64,000 nt of DNA from Lytechinus pictus (taxonomy: Eukaryota): NCBI RefSeq assembly GCF_037042905.1, contig NC_087260.1:16182001-16246000 (forward strand), read 5' to 3'. Each line of letters starts with the position of its first letter. Positions within the stretch are counted from its first letter, which is position 1. Below, piece by piece: positions 52,895 to 63,849 of this stretch. The notes beneath the pieces were generated by a model. The model did not search any database. It was not told where the DNA came from and saw only the letters and a list, made by a program, of their open reading frames with translations. A program made the position numbers and the translations under genes.

Positions 52895-55800
52895 TCAAAA
52901 TATGCTGGAAGCTCCCAGTGCTGAAAATGTCATTATCATGATGGTGTAGATGCTCGGTTTGTAGACCTGACCAGAGCAAACCGGAAGCCCCATGGGACAC
53001 GGTGGGTACCAGTCATCCGTTTCCTCTGATTCACCGTCCTCTGATCCACCAATTGTGACATTAACCGCTGGCGGAATGGTCGTAACTTCGCTAAGTTCAC
53101 TACCGTCGTCATCATCCCCATCGTCGCCAGTATCACCATCCTCTTCGTACGAAGGCCCAACCTCATCCCTGTCGCCTGAACGATCGATCCCTCTGTCTGG
53201 ATCCTCAATGAAGACGAATGTAACCAAGTCAACGACCTCCTCAGTTACCACCTCATCAATGACTTCGGTCATGAGTTCATATTCCATCTCTGTTACGATA
53301 TCGTAAACTGTTTCGGTAACGACATCGTTTATCGTTTCATTATCAAGATCACTACTTGTCTCGGTTTCATTATCATTCAGGCAACCTAGATCGGAGATAT
53401 CAAGGGATGTGATTGTTTGATGTGTAAGTTCCGGAGGTGATGCGCAATATACAGGATCCATGTGGTCTCTTTGCTTCATTAAGACCTCTTTCAGCTCCTC
53501 AATGTGACAGTCACAGTGCCAGGGATTACCAGACAGATCTATATCCTGGATGGTATTCGGGAAGGACAACCCAAGCTCTAAATGAGTAAGTTCGTTTCCC
53601 TGCAGATTCATAGCTTGTACAGCTATGAATGGCCCGAAAGATCCTGGTGCGACTGAAACGATTCGATTGTTGTCGAGACTGACCTCAAAGAGTTTGTTAG
53701 CATTTTCGAAATCCCCGTCATTGATGTTTGCGATATGGTTGTAGGAAAGTCGAAGGACAAAAACATAAGGATGGTTGGTAAACACTTTCGTTGGGATGCG
53801 AGTGAGGTGGCTATGCGAGACGTCTAAGGATTGGAGTCCTGGGGCCGTGATGTTAGGCACTGAATTCATTTGCTGATTACCTAGCGTCAAAGAAAGCATT
53901 TTTGGAAAGTGGAGTAAGGATGTGATGACAGCTGACATATTCCTAAAGTTAATGTACATGACGTTGGGAAGCGTGGCGAAAAGGGTTTCTGGAAATGTCG
54001 GGAGAGGGATGTTCTCCATCTGGAGGAAGTCAAGTTCCGTCAGTCCCATAAATGCATCTCCAGCTATTGACTCAAGAGGATTTCCTCCCAAATTAATATT
54101 ACTGAGTAAGGAACAACCAACGAAGGAGTGACTAGATATGTGCTTTATGTTATTTTGGGCCAATGACAACCAAAACAATCGACTTGAGAAGGCAAAGGAT
54201 ATGGGCGATATAGTTTCTATTTTGTTCCCTTCTAGTGACAGATATGCAACATTGTCAGGAATACCTGTGACGGGAAAACCTCGGACCTTATTGTAATTAA
54301 CACTAATCCAGAGTGATTGGGACGAGATATAAATCATGAAATCTAAAGTTTCTACCAAGTTGTTCGATATGTCTAGAGAGCTCATTCTTGCACACTGAAT
54401 GAATGCGAAGTTATCAATGACTGCTATGGCATTATTGGTGAAGTTGAGGTTATTGACGCTCGGGGTAGGTAAAGCTGCTGGAAGAAATGTGATCTCGTTG
54501 TTAGCCAGATTCAAGAGCTTCAGATTTGGTACACTGCTCAAAAAGCCGACGTCGACCTCTCTGATTTGGTTTTGATTCAGTATCAAAAGATGCAAAGGTG
54601 GAATCGGTCCCAGTGAAGCCATGGACGTCAGATTGCAATCGGTCATTTCGAGTCTGGTCAATGTTGGCAAATCATCAAATGGACTTTCTTCAATGTATGT
54701 AATGCCATTTTCGCTGAGAGTCAGTGTTTCAAGAAACGGTATGTTTGGGAACACCGGAATGGTTTTTAACCTGTTTCCCGTCAGTATCAGCTCTTTGAGG
54801 TTTGGTAGATTGGCAACGAATTCAAATGTCAAGCTTTCAATTTTGTTGTAAGAGAGGTCGAGATCTGTCAGCAGTGGCAGTTCTGGAAGCAAGGGAATGG
54901 CGGAGAATCGGTTGTGAGATAGATCGAGTGCGTATAATTCGGGAAGACCATCCAGGCCATTCTCCCCGATGGAATCAATGAAGTTGTTTTTAAGTATAAG
55001 ATAGTGCATTTTAGGTAGATCATGAAATGCTGATAGACTACGAAGATCGTTGGTTTGGGCATTTACATAGTTCAGATTGGGACAGTCAGTGAGTTCAATG
55101 TTTTGAATCGCGCAGTCACACAAATACAAGTAATCAAGAGAAGTCGCGTTTGCTATCGTAACATTTCGGAGATTTTGATTGTTCATCAGATTGATAATTA
55201 ACACTGTAGTGAGGTCAAGGTTTGCCCCACTGAACTCTTTTAAATCATTGCCATTGAGTAGCAATGATTGGCGGATGAAAACAGGACAAGAATACGAGGT
55301 GAGATGGTTCGATCTTAGATTGAGAACTTCAAATTTAGGAATATCCTCGAAGGAGTCAGAGGGAATGTGGGAAATAACATTCTCAGTAAGATCCAGACGA
55401 CGCAATGTGGGAAGGTTTCTGAAGGAAGAGACCTGCGTGATTTTGTTTCCAGTAAGATCTAGCGTTTCAATGCTCTGAAAGGACGCGAAAGCTGCATCAT
55501 CAATGGTAGCGATGCGATTGTTCTGCAGGGTGATGACTTGTAAAGCTGTCAGGTTTCCCATGTAGGGTAGATGACGAAAGGCACATCGGTCACAAACAAT
55601 GGCTCGAACTTCGTGAGGCCTGGCGAAAGCGTCACGCCCAAAACGCCAAATATCATTTTCCGAGACGGAAATGCGCTGTGCTGTAATACGGGCATCGGTC
55701 AGATCTTGAAGGTTAGCCTTGTTGAGGGAAAAGTCTCTAAGGTTGGGTAAAGATTCGAAAACTGACGGAGGGATGATGGAAATTGGATTTCGAGTCAGGA

Positions 55801-56200
55801 TCAAACTGTCTAATGCTGGGAGGAAAGTTCCAGACAAGAAGCTGATGTCTTTGATTCTGTTCATCGCAAAGGTGAGCTCCCTAAGGTTTGACAGTCCGGA
55901 CAGTCCTTGAGGATCCACACGCTCGATCAGGTTAGTCGTAAGGCTGAGGACTTGAAGATAGCTACCCCCGGCAAGGCTACCCGGCTTTATTTCTCTGATG
56001 AAATTGTTATCCATCCTGAGCTCACCGATGCTTGGGTGCAGCTGAGAGGGGATATCGTGGAATCCGCCTTCGGAACAGTCCATTGTGTTGGTCCATGTCA
56101 GGCGATTCCTGTAACAATTGCAGTTCTCCGGGCATGCGGTGACGCCACTTGCCAACGTGATGAGCACTATCATCAGTGATCGCAGAGAAGTGCACGCCAT
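52895..56200 (-). CDS. Extracellular leucine-rich repeat protein, 1101 aa: signal peptide, LRRNT, about 30+ LRRs, LRRCT, acidic stalk, hydrophobic C-terminus (probable GPI signal)
   Basis: Uninterrupted ORF; hydrophobic N-terminus; CPENCNC...MDCS cap; repeated LxxLxLxxNxI; GNPWHCDC...C cap; no TIR or cytoplasmic domain; ATG context accATGG. Confidence 0.93.
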   Translation of the reverse strand: MACTSLRSLMIVLITLASGVTACPENCNCYRNRLTWTNTMDCSEGGFHDIPSQLHPSIGELRMDNNFIREIKPGSLAGGSYLQVLSLTTNLIERVDPQGLSGLSNLRELTFAMNRIKDISFLSGTFLPALDSLILTRNPISIIPPSVFESLPNLRDFSLNKANLQDLTDARITAQRISVSENDIWRFGRDAFARPHEVRAIVCDRCAFRHLPYMGNLTALQVITLQNNRIATIDDAAFASFQSIETLDLTGNKITQVSSFRNLPTLRRLDLTENVISHIPSDSFEDIPKFEVLNLRSNHLTSYSCPVFIRQSLLLNGNDLKEFSGANLDLTTVLIINLMNNQNLRNVTIANATSLDYLYLCDCAIQNIELTDCPNLNYVNAQTNDLRSLSAFHDLPKMHYLILKNNFIDSIGENGLDGLPELYALDLSHNRFSAIPLLPELPLLTDLDLSYNKIESLTFEFVANLPNLKELILTGNRLKTIPVFPNIPFLETLTLSENGITYIEESPFDDLPTLTRLEMTDCNLTSMASLGPIPPLHLLILNQNQIREVDVGFLSSVPNLKLLNLANNEITFLPAALPTPSVNNLNFTNNAIAVIDNFAFIQCARMSSLDISNNLVETLDFMIYISSQSLWISVNYNKVRGFPVTGIPDNVAYLSLEGNKIETISPISFAFSSRLFWLSLAQNNIKHISSHSFVGCSLLSNINLGGNPLESIAGDAFMGLTELDFLQMENIPLPTFPETLFATLPNVMYINFRNMSAVITSLLHFPKMLSLTLGNQQMNSVPNITAPGLQSLDVSHSHLTRIPTKVFTNHPYVFVLRLSYNHIANINDGDFENANKLFEVSLDNNRIVSVAPGSFGPFIAVQAMNLQGNELTHLELGLSFPNTIQDIDLSGNPWHCDCHIEELKEVLMKQRDHMDPVYCASPPELTHQTITSLDISDLGCLNDNETETSSDLDNETINDVVTETVYDIVTEMEYELMTEVIDEVVTEEVVDLVTFVFIEDPDRGIDRSGDRDEVGPSYEEDGDTGDDGDDDDGSELSEVTTIPPAVNVTIGGSEDGESEETDDWYPPCPMGLPVCSGQVYKPSIYTIMIMTFSALGASSIF

Positions 56201-56559
56201 GGTGAATAACTAGATCACCACGTGCTATCCACTTACAGTTTGAGCCGTTACGATCTGTAGTTACACGATATACCACTGGTATATCTGTATAAAAAAGAGT
56301 AAAAGTAAAAGATATGTTATAAATATAATGAAAAGAACAAAACGGAACATGTTTTAAAGTTCACACCTCATCTTCAGCCTAAAATCATAAACAGCGTCAT
56401 TGCTATTTATACATTTTAGATCAGGAAAAATTTGAAAAATGTATTTAAAAAATACAGAGGTATGTGGAACAAGGCGAATTTACTTTAAAAGAAGGAGTGA
56501 TAATAAAAATATGTCGGTGATAGGTCAGTATGGGTGAGTTTGATAAAAAGAAAGCATTA

Positions 56560-57620
56560 TTTGGTCTTGGAGCTCACACATGGATACATAACTCTATGAT
56601 AAACGGCATACTCTTGCAATATTCGTTGATCTATCTAAAGCCTTTGTTGTTATTGACCATTCTATTTTGTTTTAAAATGGATTATCATGGAATTGGAGGC
56701 TTGCCACTGAAATTGATCAGATTATTTTAACCGATAGTGATTAAATTACTATATCTAATAAATGTGAATCAAGCTCCAGAACAGTGAGATCTGGAGTGCC
56801 CAGGGTTCAATCCACGGCCCCTCCATTTTTTGAATTATTTATAAATGATTTACTCCAACGTTCAAATATGCTTAATTTTGTTTTAATCGCAGATGACACG
56901 TGTGTGACTATGTCTGGTAGCAATGTTGATTTTCTGTTTAGAGATATGAATTTACAACTTTAAAAGATTAATGAGTGCATGGACGTCAGTCAAAAATTAA
57001 ATTGTGAATACTTCAAAATTCAATTAGATGATGTTTAGTACATGCAAGCATAAGACAGATAACTAGAAATTACACTATAATATCTTCGAAATTAGTCAAC
57101 TTCACAATGTAAATTTATCAGGTGTTTATATGGATTACAATTTGTCTTGGAACTTTCACACTAAACAGGTCTGTAATAAAATTGTCAAAAAATATTGGGG
57201 TAATAGCTAAACTTAAATGTTTGCCTATTTCAGTTCTTAAAATGTTATATCGTGCTTTTATCACATCTACCATTAACTATGGAGGGAGTGATTGCATGGG
57301 GATTCACAACTAAAAGAAATATACATTTTTTTTTCTTTTACGAAAACGAGCAATCCGTCTAATACCTTAGTCATTACCTATCTGAAAGTGCACCTCTTTT
57401 CCAACGAAATATAATCTTACCGATTCAGAATAGTATTTCATTACTAACAGACCTGGTTATTCATTAACCAATGTCACAATCAGATGTTACCAATGTCTAT
57501 CCAAGATTAGGTTAAAATAAATAGTTTGTACTATTCATTTCAAACTAGAAATTGTAACAATTACCACCCTCCTTTGCCAGGTAGATCTTTAACCAAACGA
57601 TCTGGGTTTATATATATATA
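56560..57620 (+). mobile_element. Degenerate Crack/CR1-group LINE reverse transcriptase
   Basis: Frameshifted motifs IFVDLSKAF..IDHSIL, SGVP(Q)GS, FINDL, ADDT. Confidence 0.85.
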
Positions 57621-57708
57621 TATATACCATTGTTCTCTTCATCCATTTCTTTCACAAAATATTTAATAAAAGAGTTGCCCAAGCTGTTGTACATGTATAA
57701 CTTCACAC

Positions 57709-57748
<40 letters not shown>

Positions 57749-57779
57749 CTAATTCTGTTAAATTATGCAAATCTCTTAA

Positions 57780-59132
57780 TCAGATTAAACGTGCATGTCT
57801 CCGGGACGGAACACTTCTAAACACGGCTTTCCTTCCATTGTAATGATTTGCTTTCACCCCTCTCTTTCTTGGACTTATTCGTAATTATGTTATGATTATG
57901 ATTATATGGTTGTCGTTCAATTGCTAATTTAAATATGATTTTTGTTATCAGTATGGGGCTTATAAACATGATAAATACAAGCAGTTGTGCTTCCTTTGAC
58001 CCCTCCACATGTGAAATATTTTGTAAAGTCAATCTATGACTTGTATACATATTTTTTTTTCTAATAATATTGTGGAAATAAAGTTGAATTTGAATTATAC
58101 ACCTGTTGGTTGAGTTGGGACTTTCCCCCATTTTGATGGAAAGTCCCCTCCTTGATTTTTAGTTGAAAGACTGTTTGGGCACTATCGAGGACTTGGAAAA
58201 AATGAGTGTTGGATTCTGACAGGAATTGGGGAGACGATTGTAAGTGTTTCCAGATATGGGAGTTTTTGTCTCTCCCCGGGCTCCTGTACTCGTGTCATAT
58301 ACAGTCATGAGAGTGACGTTTGGTTTGACCAATATAGCGAGCATTACATCTTGCACATGTAAATTGGTATATGACACGATCACGGAGCTCCTGGGGAATG
58401 GAATCCTTGACATGAAGTAAAGAACTTAAAGGTCAAGTCCACCCCAGAAAATGTTGATTTGAATAAAAAGAGAAAAATCAAACTAGCATAACGCCGAAAA
58501 TTTCATCGAAATCGGATGTAAAATAAGAAAGTTATGACATTTTAAAGTTGTGCTCATTTTTCACAAAACATTGATATGCACAACTCAGTGACATGGAAAT
58601 GAGACATACGAGTATGTCCTTCACTCGCTATTTCTTTTGTTGTTTATTGTTTGAATTATACAATATTTCATTTTTTTTTTACAGATTTGACAATAAGAAC
58701 CAACTTGACTGAACCATATAGTATCAAACAACGCTAATTCCACAGGTTCAGGGTGGAATCGATCGTTGTTTTACCTGACAATGAGGAGAAAATTATAATA
58801 TTTCATATTTTATATACAAAAATACAAAAGGAATAGTGAGCGGATGACGTCATCAGTCTCTTCATTTGCATACCGACCAGGATGTGCATATAACTGTTTT
58901 GTGAAGTTAAGTGAAACTTTGAAATCTCATAACTTTCTTATTTTACAACCGATTTTGAAATTTTCAGTGTTATGCTTGTTGGATTTTCTCTTTTTATTCA
59001 AATCAACTTTTTGTTGGGGTGGACTTGTCCTTTAACTTGAAAAATTAAGAGTAATGTGGAGATCCTTGCAATATTGTTAATTCTCTTTTCAAGTTCTTTT
59101 GATGCTTTACCAACAGAAGGCAACCTGAAATA
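57780..59132 (-). mobile_element. Degenerate Penelope-like retroelement 3' part (GIY-YIG endonuclease), split by a MITE
   Basis: YFRLP.VG...FKLSSLLHVKDSIPQELRDRVIYQFTCARCNARYIGQTKRH...DKNSHIWKHL...QVLDSAQTVFQLKIKE...PQLNQQV, with one stop and frameshifts. Confidence 0.85.
58430..59031. mobile_element. Second Kolobok-like MITE family
   Basis: TTAA|AGGTCAAGTCCACCCC...GGGGTGGACTTGTCCT|TTAA; degenerate relative at about 27730-28025. Confidence 0.88.
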
Positions 59133-59619
59133 CCCCCCCCCCCTTTTTTTTTTCTTCGTTTTTACTGTAAACAGTGCTTAATTTCATATATGTTAGTATT
59201 AGTTGTATATTTTATTATATGAACTATCTCTCTGAGAGAGAGAGAGAGAGAGAATGAATAAGAGACCAGCCTACGCTGATTTGCGTAGCCCTATTAACTC
59301 TTTTTTGTATTAGCTACTTATCATTATTATTTTTTTTAATAACGACAACACAATTATAGGCCTATATACATGCATATTTCAACATGTAGGCCTATACAAT
59401 AAGTATGTATCAATATTGCTTATTCTGTTCATTTAGATGTGTGATGAAAGAGGAGTGTATAAAGAGATGCTTACTCATGCTGGGAATCGAACCCCAGACT
59501 TTCACGTGTCTCGTCAGATGCATAACTCGACCACAGGACGTCGAATCGCAAAACATCGATACATAAACACACACGCGCATACACATCGCACACCCACACA
59601 CACCACTCGTACCACCGTG

Positions 59620-59942
59620 GTGGAAGCGCCGTGGTGTAGCGGTTCTGACTCTCCGACGCCTTGTAATCAGAGGGTCGTGTGTTCGAATCCCACAATGGCC
59701 TAGCGTCCTTTGGCAAGGCGTCAATCCACAATTTGCCACTCTCCACCCAGGTGTTAAATGGGTACCCGGTAGGATGCGAAAGCCTATGTAGTATGCCTAG
59801 CAATTGAGTCTTGAAATTCTTGTTGGAATGCTCCCCAGGCATGCAATGATCCGATGACCGGGGTAATAATATATCTGTAAAGCGCTTAGAGACGTCGTTC
59901 CGATGTGTTAAGCGCTATATAAATGCGGAATAATTATTATTA
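59620..59942 (+). mobile_element. tRNA-head SINE with L2-like tail
   Basis: TGGTGTAGCGG and GTTCGAATCCC boxes, CACCCAGGTGTTAAATGGGTACC core, AAGCGCTATATAAAT tail. Confidence 0.88.
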
Positions 59943-59998
59943 CCACACGATCATCCACTAGAACACCGACACGAACCCGCAAACAAGCTTAAACTCAC

Positions 59999-60120
59999 CC
60001 TAGTTAAAAATCCTGCAAGTCGTCCAACACGGTGTTCCACAGAATGATGAGTCGTCTCGTTGTTGTTTCGACCGCACTCCCTCTCGAAGCAGCATAAGCA
60101 GATGACAAGGATAAGCTTAA
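59999..60120 (-). other. Candidate non-coding exon 1 of the LRR gene (5' UTR intron 59998-56285)
   Basis: Strong donor AGG|gtgagt at 59999; acceptor cttttttatacag| at 56285, 84 nt upstream of the ATG. Confidence 0.45.
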
Positions 60121-60715
60121 ACGATAGGTCAATTTAGACCCCCTCTCACTGACCTCCTTCGATGCAATTCATCAAACATGGGAGGGGCTAACTCGATTTT
60201 TTATGGGGGGGGGGGGTACAGAAACAAAAATGACACAATATCATAATTTGTATGTGTATGTAGACGAGCCACAGGGGACGCCAATGTTTGTCGAGAGCGG
60301 GGAGGGGGGGGGGGTTAAACGCCCTTAAGATGACATCATTCTTTCTTTTCTTAAATGAATACTAGAAGATTTTTTTTATGTAGTTAAACGACCCAAACCT
60401 TTTATTTTCTTCTTACTTCTACCACTGTCATTATTCTCATCATTAACCGTGGGTGGGGCAGGGTTATGTCTTTCCATCAGATGTCAAAATAACATTTAAA
60501 GGTCATTTATTTGGTTTCAAAGGGATGATGCCTAAACAGAAAATAGATAATCGCGTTATTGACGCGTTTTAAACGTTTTATCATGTTTATTGAAACTCAA
60601 ATGCAGTACACCAGCTAAGCTTTTATATCTTCTTGGGGGAAAAAAAGAAAATCCAAGTGAGGTCATAGAAAGATTATCATGGCCCGAGGAAGCGGGGGTG
60701 CTGGCGGTGAATCTA

Positions 60716-60961
60716 TAGTCTGCAGGCACAGACCCTCATTGGAACTTTGATCAACAAGTGTGCCTCCACGCAAAGACTAGCACATACAAAACTTGCTGTA
60801 GTCTGCAGGCACAGACCCTCATTGGAACTTTGATCAACAAGTGTGCCTCCACGCAAAGACTAGCACATACAAAACTTGCTGTTGAGCCTTCAGTACACAA
60901 GGCATGAGTAGGCTGCACATTCAGACCCTTAACTCGAGCGAAGGGTTTGCCCAGCAGACTA
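60716..60961. mobile_element. Academ(H)-like MITE with 83-bp internal duplication
   Basis: TAGTCTG...CAGACTA termini, perfect 9-bp TSD GTGAATCTA. Confidence 0.85.
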
Positions 60962-61035
60962 GTGAATCTATTGAGAGAATGATGATTGTTAAACTCGCCC
61001 CATGCTGGTTTTGGTGGCACAGTCATACTGACCAG

Positions 61036-61205
61036 GTGGGTGTTTCATAAAGCTGTTCGCAAGATACGAATGACTTTACGCACGACTGGTGATCCTTTCT
61101 TGTGCTATGTGATATCCCTATGTAATTGAGTTATGACCTAAGAACATGTTCCAGTCGTGCGTAAAGTCGTTCGTAACTTTACGAACAGCTTTATGAAACA
61201 CCCAC
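61036..61205. mobile_element. Harbinger-like MITE, family A, CAG TSD
   Basis: GTGGGTGTTTCATAAAGCTGTTCG inverted at both ends. Confidence 0.88.
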
Positions 61206-61208
61206 CAG

Positions 61209-61351
61209 GGCCCCATTTGCATCATTGACATGGCTTACCATTGCATGATGCAATGGTAACTTGCATGTAATCTTTGATTGTGATTAGCTGTTGACCAGCG
61301 TTACCATTGGATGGCAAAGTTACCATATGGTAACTTTTATGCAACGGGGCC
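61209..61351. mobile_element. Harbinger-like MITE, family B, CAG TSD
   Basis: GGCCCC...GGGGCC termini; shares the CAG with the preceding element. Confidence 0.75.
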
Positions 61352-61471
61352 CAGGCCTACTCGAGGCCGACCAAATCTATCACATTACATGTATTTCGAA
61401 TGAAATTATATCGGTCGGTTTGGAGTCGATTCCGTCTGTGTGATTGTGACACGATTTTTGCAATACCAAAT

Positions 61472-61852
61472 ACGCTGTAGAAACGCCGTTTACAATTTTC
61501 AGCACGTTGTTAAAGCCCGTCATTCTAACAACTATTGTTTAAACTTTTAAACAACTCTTTAAACTTTTTAAACAACTGTTTAAACTTTTTAAACAACTGT
61601 TTAAATTTTTTAAACAACTGTTTAAACTTTTTAAACAACTGTTTAAACCTTTTAAACAACTGTTTAATTTGTTTAAGCAACTGTTTAAACTTTTTAAACA
61701 ACTGTTTAAAATTTTAAACAGCTGTTTAAACTTTTAAACAACTGTTTGAAATGTTTAAACAAGTTGTTTAAAAAGTTTAAACAATTACAAAAAAGTTCAA
61801 ACAACTTGTTGTTAGTGTGACAGGCTTCAACAATGTGCTATTTTTTTACTGT
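61472..61852. repeat. 21-bp minisatellite (TTTAAACTTTTTAAACAACTG, about 10 units) inside a TIR element
   Basis: Tandem units at about 61538-61760, flanked by imperfect inverted arms. Confidence 0.85.
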
Positions 61853-62496
61853 GAAGGATGATCATCTCCTTGATAAAAAAAAATCACGAATCAAGATTCC
61901 ACGTATCACGCATTAGCATACACACATTTTAGCACGTTGTTTGAGCCCGTCACTCTAAGAACCAGTAGTTTAAAATTTAAAACAATTGTTTTCATATGAT
62001 ATATATATGTCTTAGATTACATCGCTGTAGCTTATTACGTTACAAGGGTATTTTTTTTAATATTATATGTTGGTTTTGAATTTTTGTCATTGTCACTGTT
62101 CTTTCGAAAATTCTGTTGATTTTCAATTATATATCATGTGACAAGCTACATCATGTTGATATTAAATAAATAAACTATTATAATATTATATATAACATAT
62201 TATCAGTACTGATATTTATATATTCACATGAAATTAACCTTTAAACGATAAAGCCGATTTACGTAAGGTAACTGAAAAATACACCATAGGACAGTGAAGG
62301 GGACTTGGATTTCTGTTTCTCGTGTAATCAAGCATGATGAGAACTCGTCTACAAATCCTTGTTTCAAAGAAGAAAGGAGAAAGTAAAAAAGAATATATTC
62401 AATAGCTTAGCCCCCCTACCCCGCTTTACCTTGCGAGCTCTTAACCCCGACGTCTCTATATTCCAAAGAATCGTCCCTCTATAATGCCCCTAATGA

Positions 62497-62814
62497 GGAC
62501 CCGATTTCATAAAGCTATTCGAAAATTACGCATGGTTTTACGAGCGAGTAGTGACCAATCGCACTAGTACCAATCGTTTTTATTCACATCAGATAAAGTT
62601 GAAATCTGGTGTTTGTAATTTTTTTTTTTTTTTGGGGGGGGGGGGGTTGATGGTCACAAGCAACCGAATGTATTGTTTGTAATTTGACAATGGTTGGAAT
62701 TCACCTTCACTCCCATCACGAAACGTAATCTGGACATCTCTTTCAACGCAAGAAAGTGTCACCAGTTGTCCGTAAAGTCGCGTTTGACGCGAAACGCTTT
62801 ATGAAATCGGCCCC
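62497..62814. mobile_element. Harbinger-like MITE related to family A
   Basis: CCGATTTCATAAAGC...GCTTTATGAAATCGG termini. Confidence 0.7.
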
Positions 62815-63236
62815 TACCGTCATTCAAAAGGGATCATTATAAGGAAGCTCTGTAGTGACGAAATAAACGAAAGATTCTTAAAACTGTTTTGAGACGCAGT
62901 AGGGGTCTCTAAAGAAATATTGTGAATGCAACAAAAAAAGCAATGATAAACGTTCAAAGGGAAACCAGACCAGACAAAGATATTGATTTTTTTTTTAAGT
63001 GTATAAAAAAGAATACAAATCAGTTAGGCCTACATGCACAATCTCACATGCAACAAGGTCGTAGAGGGACGTAACAACTCCCGATCGAAATTTTCGTCAA
63101 CAAGAGAGAGAGCAATAGAGGGATGGAGGGGAATTGAGGAAAGAAGAAAGCAATGAGGGATAGAATGAAAGAAAGTGTAAAAGAAGAAAAAATGAAAACA
63201 CAGCTATTGTCAAGTCAAATTGACCTAAATGGATGA

Positions 63237-63636
63237 GGTTTATTTTCTATTGGTCTAATGCCAATTCGTCCAACTTCCAATTCGTCTACTACCATATTGT
63301 CTACCATTAGTTCGTCTACTATCAACATGATCTAATTTCAATTTCGTCTAATAATCAGTTTGTCCAATAGCCATTTAGTCTACATACCATTTGGTCTAAT
63401 TGGACTAAGTGTTAATTGGGCGAAATGAATGAAAGAAAATGGGTATTAGACCAACTGGTTATGAGACGAAATGGTTATTGACCAACTGGTGATTAGACTA
63501 AAGTTGTTGGACCAAATGGTTATTGGACAAAATGTTTGTCAGACGAAATGTTGATTGACGGAATGGCATTGGACTAAAGTAAGTTAGACCATGTGATGAG
63601 TGGACGAGTTTGCAATAGACGAATTGGCAATTTGCC
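63237..63636. mobile_element. GG-terminated element with inverted arrays of short repeats (Merlin-like?)
   Basis: TTCGTCTA units on the left, TAGAC(G/C)AA units on the right; 8-bp flanks ATGGATGA/AAGGATGA; relative at about 42230-42472. Confidence 0.6.
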
Positions 63637-63849
63637 AAGGATGAGACGAGTCAACAAATTGACGACAAGATGTGGATTTCATTATGTCGACCCGAAATTG
63701 TCCCAATAATTTTAATAAAAAAGGTATAATAGAAGACAAGGCTATTTCTTTTTGTCTCTTGTCTTGGCTGAATACCATACAATAATTTCTTACATGTCAC
63801 TATATTCTAAGCATGATGAGTGTACCATAGGCTAGGACGATGCGCCAAC

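Noticed and set aside
52992-56179. Plus-strand ORFs overlapping the LRR gene (also 19225-19512 and 30873-31112 over the PP2A exons)
   Set aside because: Antisense shadows of real coding sequence.
52895-56200. Toll-like receptor call
   Set aside because: The ORF stops right after the hydrophobic segment, and no TIR domain is seen downstream.
61535-61760. CRISPR-like or LNNCLNF repeat ORF
   Set aside because: Contiguous 21-bp minisatellite without unique spacers, in a eukaryotic context with no cas genes.
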